From Verrucomicrobiales bacterium (GTDB taxonomy: Bacteria; Verrucomicrobiota; Verrucomicrobiia; Verrucomicrobiales; SLCJ01): DNA of 27,578 nucleotides. Positions 18,230 to 26,315 of this stretch are shown piece after piece (position 1 is the first letter of the stretch; the number at the start of each line of letters is the position of its first letter). The translations under genes were made by a program, and so were the position numbers. Under the pieces are notes generated by a model that searched no databases, was not told where the DNA came from, and saw only the letters and a list, made by a program, of their open reading frames with translations. The stretch lies in the NCBI GenBank assembly GCA_046075565.1, contig JBJTQJ010000024.1, forward strand, positions 1-27,578. The letters run 5' to 3'.

Positions 18230-19243
18230 TCAGGAGGATTGCACTTTTTCCTCGCTCTTCCGGATGAACTGTTCGAGTTCTTCCGGATTCAGGGTGGCGG
18301 TGACCGCTTTCTGCACGATGACAGCGGCGGCGTGGTTGGCCAGCGCGGCGGCAAGGCGTAGATTGAGGCCACCCGCGAGTCCGAGAGCAAGCATGGCCCG
18401 CACGGTGTCGCCGCAACCAACGGCATCCACCGCGGTGACCGGATGGCCGGGGTGGTGGAAGAATCCCGTTGCGTCCGAGAGGCCGCAAAGGCCGCGTGCC
18501 CCGAGGGTGACGACCACAGCGGCCGATCCAAGGGAGTTGCGCAACTCGGCGACACTGCCCGCGAGGTCGGTGCTCTGACGGAAACTCGGCAACAAAGCGC
18601 TGGCTTCGGTTTCATTCGGCACCAGCAACCCGGCCCCTTGGAAAAGGGCGCGGTTGACCGGTTTGAAGTCTACCACAACCGGAACCCCGGCTTGGGCGCA
18701 GAGATCGAGAACCTGGCGTGCGGACTCCTCGGTGAAAATTCCTTTGGCGTAGTCGCTCAATACCACGGCGTCGGTGCCCGCCGCGATGTGTTTCTTCATG
18801 GCCGCAACGACTCCGGCGGTGGTGGCGGAATCGACGGCCCGGGCATCTTCGTGGTCCTTGCGGAGAAGGTATTCCCCGTCGATGTAGATGCGGGTTTTGG
18901 TGGTGGTCGGGCGGGAAGAAGCGGAAATCAGGTCATGGGCGAGTCCGGCGTCTTCGCAGAGTCCTCTCACGGTATGGGCATAACCATCATCTCCGGTGAG
19001 CCCCACGAGGGTGGCGCGTGCGCCGAGGGAAGCGAGGTTGGTCGCGACATTGGCCGCCCCACCGAGCGTGCGGGTGGACTCATGAGCGGTGTAGGCCCGT
19101 TTGCCCGGTTTTTCCGAATCGATGGGTTTGCTCTCGGCGAAACTGCAAAAGTCGTAGATGTCGAGCATGACATCCCCGAGCACCAGCACGCGGCGGTCGC
19201 GCAAGCGTGGCAATGAGGCCAACAAAGTTTCTGTATCTGTCAT
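18230..19243 (-). CDS. PfkB-family kinase, HldE/RfaE domain I-like (heptose-7-phosphate kinase); alternative GTG start at 19276
   Basis: VLVLGDVMLD, LGGAANVATNLASLG, RPTTTKTRI, VVLSDYAKG, PNETEA, DAVGCGDTV, LANHAAAVIVQK. Confidence 0.75.
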   Translation of the reverse strand: MTDTETLLASLPRLRDRRVLVLGDVMLDIYDFCSFAESKPIDSEKPGKRAYTAHESTRTLGGAANVATNLASLGARATLVGLTGDDGYAHTVRGLCEDAGLAHDLISASSRPTTTKTRIYIDGEYLLRKDHEDARAVDSATTAGVVAAMKKHIAAGTDAVVLSDYAKGIFTEESARQVLDLCAQAGVPVVVDFKPVNRALFQGAGLLVPNETEASALLPSFRQSTDLAGSVAELRNSLGSAAVVVTLGARGLCGLSDATGFFHHPGHPVTAVDAVGCGDTVRAMLALGLAGGLNLRLAAALANHAAAVIVQKAVTATLNPEELEQFIRKSEEKVQSS

Positions 19244-19272
19244 GGAAAGGGACGCGGCGGTTCCGGTGTGGC

Positions 19273-19959
19273 TCACTGTTCGAGTTCCTTCAGCGTGTAG
19301 CCACTGGTGTCTGGAGCGAATAGGTCATCTGTGAAGGCGGAGTTCTTCTTCACTTGGATAAAACGCGTTCTGATGCTCGAACCGTCGCGGAAGGAGACAT
19401 CATATCCGGCCAAGAGGTTTGAATTGCGGTCGATGAGAAAATCCATCGCCGTGAGGGCGGTCTGGGCGCGGGAGTCCTTGACCTCCAGATTGACCCGGTC
19501 GAGGCCGCCTTCCGCGCTCGTCCCGAGGATGCGGAAGAATTTCTGGAAATCCTCGAGCGAATCCGGAATTCCGGATTCGAGGAAGGCCTTTTCCATTTCG
19601 CCTTGGTTGTCGCCCTTTTCCCCGATCACCCGGCGTTCGACCAGTTTTTTATCCTGATGGATGACCTTGACCTCTTTTTCACGATAGACAGCGATGGTTT
19701 TGGGAGGATCTCCGATTTGCCAGCGCATGCGGTTCTGGCGGTCGAGCCAGATTTGGCCGGTGGCCACCACCGGTTTTTTCAAGCCTTTCAACTCGCGCTC
19801 CTGGCGGAAAGTGATGGTGAGGCTCTGCACATCCTTTTGACCGTCAATCCAGCGTCGGATCACGGCATCACCAGCCGCTGCGTCGGCCAGAGCGGGTAGG
19901 GGAGCCATGGCGGCAATGGCGAAGAGCGCCCGCACGGCGGAACGAAAATGGGGGATCAT
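19273..19959 (-). CDS. LolA-like outer-membrane lipoprotein carrier
   Basis: Signal peptide, then SLTITFRQER...ATGQIWL...MRWQ, ending DDLFAP. Start ATG 19959 chosen. Confidence 0.7.
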   Translation of the reverse strand: MIPHFRSAVRALFAIAAMAPLPALADAAAGDAVIRRWIDGQKDVQSLTITFRQERELKGLKKPVVATGQIWLDRQNRMRWQIGDPPKTIAVYREKEVKVIHQDKKLVERRVIGEKGDNQGEMEKAFLESGIPDSLEDFQKFFRILGTSAEGGLDRVNLEVKDSRAQTALTAMDFLIDRNSNLLAGYDVSFRDGSSIRTRFIQVKKNSAFTDDLFAPDTSGYTLKELEQ

Positions 19960-20093
19960 CCGGCAACCATACACCATCCGTGGACCCGCCCAACCGCATT
20001 TTGAGCATTCGACAGGCAGGAACGCTGTCCTCAGCCGTCCGTGATAGGGTGAGGACATCGGGGATGAGCGAGGAAGGCGGCTACCCGCGCGAC

Positions 20094-20267
20094 TCACTTC
20101 TCACGTTCTTCTTTTCGTTCACCTGCTCTTGCCCATTCCAGCAGGGCGGCTTCCATGCCCACGTCATGGCCTTCCTTTTCGCTGGCGACCCACTTCACTT
20201 TCATGACTTCTTCGCGGGCGGAAAGAAATGCCTCGTAAGGTTCCGGGGTGGGGGCTTCGGTGCTCAT
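20094..20267 (-). CDS. Small DUF4032-like protein (57 aa, absent from the ORF track)
   Basis: Own translation MSTEAPTPEPYEAFLSAREEVMKVKWVASEKEGHDVGMEAALLEWARAGERKEEREK; the KWxxSEKxGHDxGxExAxxxW pattern matches DUF4032. Confidence 0.7.
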   Translation of the reverse strand: MSTEAPTPEPYEAFLSAREEVMKVKWVASEKEGHDVGMEAALLEWARAGERKEEREK

Positions 20268-20303
20268 GGGATGAAGGTAAGGGCACGTAGAAAGAACGCA
20301 AAC

Positions 20304-21374
20304 TCAGGCTCCGGCGGGCGCGGTTTGGCGTTGGCAGGCCTCGATGACCCCCGAGGCGAGCATGTGGAATGGTGCGGCGAGAGGATCGTCGGAACCACGG
20401 CTGGCGACTGGTTCGCCCTCGTCGCCGCCTTCGCGCACCGGTTCGGCGAGGGGGATCTGCCCTAACAGGGGCACATGCAATCGACGGGCCTCCCGCGCGC
20501 CACCTTCCCGGCCGAAGAGGAAATAACGCTTTCCATCCGACGGGCAATCGAACCAGCTCATGTTTTCCACCAAACCGAGGATGGGCACGTTCACTTTGTC
20601 GAACATGCCGACGGCTTTGCGCGCGTCGATGAGAGCGACTTCCTGCGGGGTGGTGACGATGACGGCTCCGTCGAGGGCGACGGTCTGCACGATGGTAAGC
20701 TGGATGTCGCCGGTGCCGGGCGGCAGATCGAGCACGAGGTAATCGAGATCTCCCCATGCGACCTGGCGGAGGAACTGCTGTGTGTAGCGCGTCGCCATGG
20801 GGCCGCGCACGATCACGGGCGAGTTGTCGTTGAGCAGGAAACCCATGGACATGAGTTTGATGCCGTGGCGTTCGAGGGGAATGATCTGGTCCCGGTCGTT
20901 GGCGTAAGGTTGTTCGTCGCCGGTGCCGAACATCAGTCCCATTGATGGTCCATAGAGATCGCAGTCACATAGCCCGACCTTCGCGCCCGTGGCCGCGAGG
21001 GCGATGGCCAGATTGGCGGAGATGGTTGATTTTCCGACACCTCCTTTGCCAGAAGCCACTGCGATGATGCGTTTCACACCGGGGATGGACGACCGACCGA
21101 CCGTGCCACCTCCGGCGGCGGCAGCGGGGGCTTCTTGAAGACGAAGATCAATGCTGACGGCTCCGACTCCGGTCATGCCCGCCAAGGCCTCGCGGACGCC
21201 TTTTTCAATAGCTTCCGGGATGCTCGGGTCTTTCGTGGCGAGCGCGAGATGGACACGGACGTCGGTGCCGCTGACTTCGATGCCTTTGACCAGGCCGAAA
21301 GAAACAATGTCCCGGCTGAACCCGGGGTAACGCACGGTCTTGAGTTGGTCGCGGACGGTTTGTTCGGTGATCAT
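20304..21374 (-). CDS. mrp: Mrp/ApbC (NBP35) Fe-S cluster carrier ATPase
   Basis: N-terminal DUF59-like domain (VRYPGFSRDIVSFG), VASGKGGVGKST, DLYGPS, DLPPGTGD, VTTPQ, VENMS. Confidence 0.92.
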   Translation of the reverse strand: MITEQTVRDQLKTVRYPGFSRDIVSFGLVKGIEVSGTDVRVHLALATKDPSIPEAIEKGVREALAGMTGVGAVSIDLRLQEAPAAAAGGGTVGRSSIPGVKRIIAVASGKGGVGKSTISANLAIALAATGAKVGLCDCDLYGPSMGLMFGTGDEQPYANDRDQIIPLERHGIKLMSMGFLLNDNSPVIVRGPMATRYTQQFLRQVAWGDLDYLVLDLPPGTGDIQLTIVQTVALDGAVIVTTPQEVALIDARKAVGMFDKVNVPILGLVENMSWFDCPSDGKRYFLFGREGGAREARRLHVPLLGQIPLAEPVREGGDEGEPVASRGSDDPLAAPFHMLASGVIEACQRQTAPAGA

Positions 21375-21457
21375 GAAACAGGAATCGGAATCGTGGATGG
21401 CGCACGATACGTCCCGCGGTTGGAAGACGGTCGTGTGCCGGGCGAAAATCGTCGCGA

Positions 21458-22555
21458 TTAGTAGTTCAGGGGCTGGAGGGCCTTGACGACGAATTGGCCG
21501 TCCTTACGGATGGTTTTTCCGTCGAAGCGGATTTCCCCGCCACCGTATTCGGGGCGCTGGATGCAGACCATGTCCCAGTGCACCTGCGAGCGGTTGCCAT
21601 TGTCGGCCACACCTTCATAGGCCTGCCCGGGGGTGAAGTGGAAGGAACCGGCAATCTTCTCGTCGAAGAGAATGTCGCGCATTGGTTCCTTGATCTCGCG
21701 GTTGAAGCCGATGGCGAACTCCCCGATGTAACGCGCGCCAGCGTCGCTGTCGAGGATCTCGTTCAACGCGGTCGTGTTGTTCGCCGTCGCCTTGATGATC
21801 TTCCCTTTTTTGAAAGTCAGTTCGATGTTGTCGAAGGGGATGCCACGGTAAATTGTCGGCGCATTGTAGCGGATCTTTCCATTCACCGAGTCCTTGACCG
21901 GGGCCGAGAAAACCTCGCCGTCGGGAATGTTGTGACGTCCGGAGCAGGCGATCGCCTTCAAACCTTCGAGGGAGAATTTCAGATCCGTGCCCGGACCGGT
22001 GATGTGCACGTCCTTGGCTTTGTTCATGGCTTCGGCCAACGCGTTCATGGCGGGCTCAAGCGCTTTGTAGTCGAGCAGGCAAACGCGGAAATAAAAGTCC
22101 TCGAAGGCCTCGGTGGACATGCCGGCTTGCTGGGCCATGCTAGGATTCGGCCAGCGCAAAACACACCAGCGGGTCTGGTTGACACGATAATTCAGAACCG
22201 GACGCATTTTTTCCATCACCAAGCCCTGGCGGCTGGCTGGAATGTCGGACATCTCCATGATATTCTGCGCGCCCCGGATGGCGATGTAGGCGTGCACGGT
22301 CTTCATCTGGTGCATGGCGACATCGGCAATCGTCTCGTATTGGTCGGCGCTGGCGTGGAGGGCGAGTTCCCGGCCGACCCGGGAGTGGTGAAAATTCACC
22401 ATCGGGACGGCACCTGCGGCCCGGGCCTCTCGGATCAGGGCGATGGCGATGTCGTCCGGCACATCATGCAGATCGAGCAGGATCTTCTCCCCTTTGCGGA
22501 GCTGGACAGAGTGGCGGATGAGCTGGCGGGCGAGTTTGGGAAGACGTGGGTCCAT
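21458..22555 (-). CDS. Aminopeptidase, peptidase M29 family
   Basis: RWCVLRWP...[50 protein letters not shown]. Confidence 0.9.
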   Translation of the reverse strand: MDPRLPKLARQLIRHSVQLRKGEKILLDLHDVPDDIAIALIREARAAGAVPMVNFHHSRVGRELALHASADQYETIADVAMHQMKTVHAYIAIRGAQNIMEMSDIPASRQGLVMEKMRPVLNYRVNQTRWCVLRWPNPSMAQQAGMSTEAFEDFYFRVCLLDYKALEPAMNALAEAMNKAKDVHITGPGTDLKFSLEGLKAIACSGRHNIPDGEVFSAPVKDSVNGKIRYNAPTIYRGIPFDNIELTFKKGKIIKATANNTTALNEILDSDAGARYIGEFAIGFNREIKEPMRDILFDEKIAGSFHFTPGQAYEGVADNGNRSQVHWDMVCIQRPEYGGGEIRFDGKTIRKDGQFVVKALQPLNY

Positions 22556-22655
22556 AGGCATACTCTGGCGGGCGAGGGGGAAATGGAAAGAAAGTTCTTC
22601 CCGATAGCGGGGGGGAAAGACGGATACGGCCACGGGTAAAAGCAACTGTTCGGTG

Positions 22656-22720
22656 GGTAGGCACCGCTGTCCCCAGTGGTCCGTGAGACCGCGGGGAAAA
22701 AGGAAATACGAAGGCGTGGC
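22656..22720 (+). repeat. Second copy of the REP plus spacer seen at 8445-8509
   Basis: GGTAG-GCACCGCTG-TCCC-CAGTGGTCC...GAAGGCGTGGC; ungapped 52/65 identity by hand count. Confidence 0.7.
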
Positions 22721-22757
22721 GGCTTGTCAGTCGGGCGGCCCCGTGCGAAAGTCCGCT

Positions 22758-23840
22758 GTGCATCCGTCCCCAGATCCCTTCGACCTCGAATCCGCCCTCG
22801 TTTGGCGGGCCAGCCAAGGCGCCGCTGGCAAAAAAGTCGTTTTTACGAATGGTTGCTTTGATTTGTTGCATGTCGGGCATGCCCGATACCTCGCGGAGGC
22901 CCGCGCCCTCGGTGATGTGCTCGTCGTGGCGGTGAACGACGACGATTCCGTGCGTTCGCTTAAGGGTCCCGGTCGTCCCCTCAACTCCGCCGCCGACCGC
23001 GCGGAACTGCTCGAGTCTCTCGCCGCCGTGGACAAATCCGTCATCTTTTCCGGCGACCGCGCCACGGAAGTCATCCGCGTCATCCAGCCCGACATCTATG
23101 CCAAAGGCGGCGACTACACCATCGAAAGCCTCAACCCGGAGGAACGGGCCGCCCTCGAGGAATGTGGCGCGGAGATCCGCATGCTCTCCCTCGTGCCGGG
23201 ACGTTCAACCAGCGGGACCCTGGCCAAAATGACCGGCACCAAATCCCGCCCCCGCCTCGGGGTGCTGGGCAGCGGTTCCGGCAGCAATTTCCAATCGATC
23301 CTCGACGCCATCGCCGACGGTCGCCTCGACGCCGAGGTCGCGCTGGTCATCTCCGATGTGCCGGATGCCTTCATCCTCGAACGCGCCCGCAAGGCCGGCA
23401 TCCCCGCCGTCCACATCGATCCCGGACCCTACAAATACAAATTCGGTGAAGCCGCGCAGAAAGAAACCCGCGACCGCCTCGTCGCGGCGGGTGTCGATCT
23501 CGTCCTGCTCGCCGGGTTCATGCGCTTGGTCAAAGAGCCGCTTCTTTCGTCCTTCCCGAACCGCATCCTCAATATCCACCCTTCCCTCCTGCCCGCGTTC
23601 CCGGGTCTCGCCGCCTGGAAACAAGCCGTCGAAGCCGGAGCCACCGAAAGCGGATGCACCGTCCACCTCGTCGATAGCGGCATGGATACCGGAAAAATCC
23701 TCGCCCAGGAAAAAGTCCCCGTGCTCCCGGACGACACGCCGGAATCCCTGCACGCTCGCATCCAGACGGTCGAACATCGGCTTTATCCGGATGTTGTGGC
23801 GAGTATCCTGGCGGAAATCACCGGCGGGAAATCACTCTGA
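22758..23840 (+). CDS. purN: Fusion of HldE domain II-type adenylyltransferase and phosphoribosylglycinamide formyltransferase
   Basis: N-half VVFTNGCFDLLHVGHARYL, LKGPGRP, PDIYAKGGDY, GRSTS; C-half LGSGSGSNFQ, LAGFMRL, NIHPSLLPAFPG, GCTVHLVD, EHRLYP. No stop between halves. GTG 22758 start is inferred. Confidence 0.85.
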   Translation: MHPSPDPFDLESALVWRASQGAAGKKVVFTNGCFDLLHVGHARYLAEARALGDVLVVAVNDDDSVRSLKGPGRPLNSAADRAELLESLAAVDKSVIFSGDRATEVIRVIQPDIYAKGGDYTIESLNPEERAALEECGAEIRMLSLVPGRSTSGTLAKMTGTKSRPRLGVLGSGSGSNFQSILDAIADGRLDAEVALVISDVPDAFILERARKAGIPAVHIDPGPYKYKFGEAAQKETRDRLVAAGVDLVLLAGFMRLVKEPLLSSFPNRILNIHPSLLPAFPGLAAWKQAVEAGATESGCTVHLVDSGMDTGKILAQEKVPVLPDDTPESLHARIQTVEHRLYPDVVASILAEITGGKSL

Positions 23841-23872
23841 GGGGTCCATCCGTACCAAAGGAGAATGCGTCT

Positions 23873-23907
23873 TTGACACTTCAACGTGTAGAGGGTAATT
23901 TGCCATC
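23873..23907 (+). promoter_or_regulatory. Sigma70-type promoter of vapBC with overlapping imperfect palindrome
   Basis: TTGACA (23873-23878), 17 nt, TAATTT (23896-23901), ATG at 23908; GAGGGTAATTTGCCATC (23891-23907) is a near-palindrome. Confidence 0.6.
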
Positions 23908-24138
23908 ATGGTAAAAACACAGGTCCAAATCCCCGATACTCTTTACCGTGAGGCCAAGCGGTTGGCTGCGGAAAATGAGATGAGCTTTGCCGAAGTGGTC
24001 CGGCGAGGGTTGGAAGAGATCATCCGTCATCACCCGCCCGGCAGGACCCGCGCCGAAGATTGGACTTTGCCGCCAAGCTTCGATATGGGCGAGGCTCTGG
24101 CACCAGAGGAAGAATGGACGGCTCTTTGCCACGATTAA
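23908..24138 (+). CDS. Ribbon-helix-helix type antitoxin (VapB-like)
   Basis: MVKTQVQIPDTLYREAKRLA...SFAEVVRRGLE strand-helix-helix pattern, directly upstream of a PIN gene. Confidence 0.75.
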   Translation: MVKTQVQIPDTLYREAKRLAAENEMSFAEVVRRGLEEIIRHHPPGRTRAEDWTLPPSFDMGEALAPEEEWTALCHD

Positions 24139-24150
24139 CCGGCCCTCGCC

Positions 24151-24582
24151 ATGATCAGTTTCGACACGAATATCGCCCTTTACGCCGTGAATGGCGCGTC
24201 TCCTTGGCACGAAGCCGCGAAGCAGTTCCTGGGATCTCTCGCGCTGCGGAAGGATGTCGCCGTCTGTGAACTGGTGCTGGTGGAGCTGTATTTGAAGCTT
24301 CGCAACGAGAAGATATTCCCCCGGCCATTGACCGCGCCGCAGGCTGCCGCCGTTTGCCAAACCTATCGCAAAAACCGGGCCTGGACGCTCATTGAGGCGG
24401 CACCCATTATGGAAGAAGTCTGGGCGCGGGCGGCGGAATCCGGCTTTGCTTTCCGACGCATCATCGATCTGCGTTTGGCCCGGACGTTGCGGCACCACGG
24501 CGTTACGGATTTTGCCACCTCCAATGAGAAGGACTTCGAGGGGCAGGGATTTGCCCGGGTTTGGAATCCACTCTTGGGATGA
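24151..24582 (+). CDS. vapC: PIN-domain ribonuclease toxin (VapC family)
   Basis: ISFDTNIALY, ELVLVEL, IIDLRLA, TSNEKDF, VWNPL. Confidence 0.85.
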   Translation: MISFDTNIALYAVNGASPWHEAAKQFLGSLALRKDVAVCELVLVELYLKLRNEKIFPRPLTAPQAAAVCQTYRKNRAWTLIEAAPIMEEVWARAAESGFAFRRIIDLRLARTLRHHGVTDFATSNEKDFEGQGFARVWNPLLG

Positions 24583-24597
24583 CCGGCCAAAGCAATG

Positions 24598-24745
24598 CCA
24601 GGTAAAGGTCCCCCTGCTCCCGGACGACAAGTCCGAATCCTTGCGCGCCCGCATCCAGACCGTCGAACACCGGCTTTATCCGGAGGTTGTCGCTCGCGTG
24701 ATCGAGGAAATCGACCGCAGCGAGGGTAGCCCGCCTTACAGATAA
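24598..24745 (+). pseudogene. Orphan diverged duplicate of the purN 3' end
   Basis: 24598-24712 aligns ungapped to 23705-23819 (94/115 by hand count); reads QVKVPLLPDDKSESLRARIQTVEHRLYPEVVARVIEEI. Confidence 0.85.
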
Positions 24746-25602
24746 CATTTACCGGCAGCGATTCTTCCCTCGCGGGGGCGTTTGCTCCAATCATCGTTGC
24801 AGAATCACCCCACGAGTTCCAATTACTCCGCCGATTTCTAACCCGGAGTTTTCCATCGGAAAGCTCCACGGCTTTTGCTCTAGCCGGGTAGCTGCCTCTG
24901 ACCCATCTTTAGCGACTTCCTCCTCAAATTCACCACACTCACCCCCCTCGACCATCTTTGCCCCAGCACAGCCCGCCAGGGAGACGACGGTTGCCCCCTG
25001 CTCCGGTGTCAAATCTCCCACTCCGGGGTTTCCTGGGATCGCCGAGGCCCACTTCGGCTTCTACCCCGTCAAAGACACCGACAACTGACCACGGTCAACC
25101 AGATATCCTCCGCCGCGCACGCGCCGCACAAAGCCGATCAAACATGCTCGTCAACCCCCATTCCTCCGGGCTTGTTGCTATCCGCGCACTCACAGGAATC
25201 AAAGACGGAATTCTTGCCTGAATTCGGGCCGTTCCCGCACAACCACGCCGACCGGACAGACCGGGAAATGGTGTGAACCACGCAGCCCCAACCATTGGGA
25301 ATCAATAAACTACGAGGATAAGGGATGATGGATAGAGCGGTTCATTGCGAGATCAAAAAGTTGAGCAACGTTGTCAAATAAAAGTTGGCTAGCCAATTTC
25401 TCGATTGCCGATTACTCGCCGATTTTGTCATAGAAATCGATGGCAGGCCAATTTGAGAGCGTTCGATGCACTTCTGCCTGCCTAGAGGTTGCCGAGACCC
25501 CGAATCAGGCCCGCGAACCCGCAAATGAGGTTGCAATGGCCGGAGAACCCTGCATGATGAAAACCACATAAACCAGACGCCAGCGCTCCACGCGCGTCCC
25601 CC

Positions 25603-25683
25603 GAGCAGCCCGGTGCCCCGACAAGTCGGGGCACGCCGGGATCTGCCAGGAGGGTTCCGGGCAGCCGGCGTCCCTACCTCAAT
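25603..25683 (+). ncRNA. Group II intron 3' remnant (domains V and VI)
   Basis: GAGCAGCCCGGTGC...GCACGCCGGGATCTG (AGC triad, AC bulge), then a D6-like hairpin ending CCCTACCTCAAT with a bulged A and AY terminus. Confidence 0.7.
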
Positions 25684-25703
25684 CGCTGAAGAGATAAGAT
25701 ACT

Positions 25704-26315
25704 ATGGAGACCGATGAAAGGCCAATACCACCTGCTCCGAAGAAGGACTATGCGGCCATGTTTCGGTTGCTTCTGGTTGCCGCCGCTCTGATTGCCCCTC
25801 CGATTTATCTCGCTAAGAACCCTCAGGACTACACTCCCCTTGTCCAGGTTCTAATCAGCATCTTTCTCTTTCTCTTGGCCTATTGGGTAGGCTACACAAG
25901 AGAAGTCGCTAAGGCAGCACAGCGAGCGAATGACCGATGGCTGCCACAGGCCGAGAGCGTGATCTTTCGATTAATGACATTGAGGACGAATGTTTGTGGG
26001 TTCAGCCGATCCACCAAGTCAAGTTGTTCGAATGCTTCGTGTGACTTGCCAGAACTTGATAAGGCGGAGATGCGGGCCGTCAAGATCAAGATGAAGGCTG
26101 ACTGCGAGGCATCTAGCCAGCGTCTTGATGACATCGCCCACCAGCTTGAAGACGCCATCGAAGATTGGCGACGATTCATCATCGCGAACTGCGCGGGTGA
26201 CGAATGCCAAAGAATATGGGAGGCACTGCTGAGGCGAGAAGAACGTCTTGAGCGTCAACTTGCTGACTGCCGCAAAACCAACACCCAGGTTCAAGCGCGA
26301 AGTTCAACAGAGTGA
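25704..26315 (+). CDS. Hypothetical membrane protein (2 TM plus helical domain); last 10-11 codons lie inside the IS end
   Basis: 203-aa ORF with two N-terminal hydrophobic segments; codon usage is less GC-biased than the backbone. Confidence 0.6.
   Translation: METDERPIPPAPKKDYAAMFRLLLVAAALIAPPIYLAKNPQDYTPLVQVLISIFLFLLAYWVGYTREVAKAAQRANDRWLPQAESVIFRLMTLRTNVCGFSRSTKSSCSNASCDLPELDKAEMRAVKIKMKADCEASSQRLDDIAHQLEDAIEDWRRFIIANCAGDECQRIWEALLRREERLERQLADCRKTNTQVQARSSTE

Noticed and set aside
22653-22757. Upstream extension of the adenylyltransferase-PurN ORF and long start of the aminopeptidase
   Set aside because: The PurN extension runs through a REP repeat; neither extension looks protein-like.
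24836-24893. Hairpin GGAGTTTTCC-ATC-GGAAAGCTCC with TTCTAAC...GGTAGC ends, considered as an attC site
   Set aside because: The ends do not match RYYYAAC/GTTRRRY, no L boxes are evident and no intact cassette ORF flanks it.
24746-25600. Short ORFs in the gene-poor region
   Set aside because: No recognisable motifs or RBS; probably decayed accessory DNA that I could not assign.
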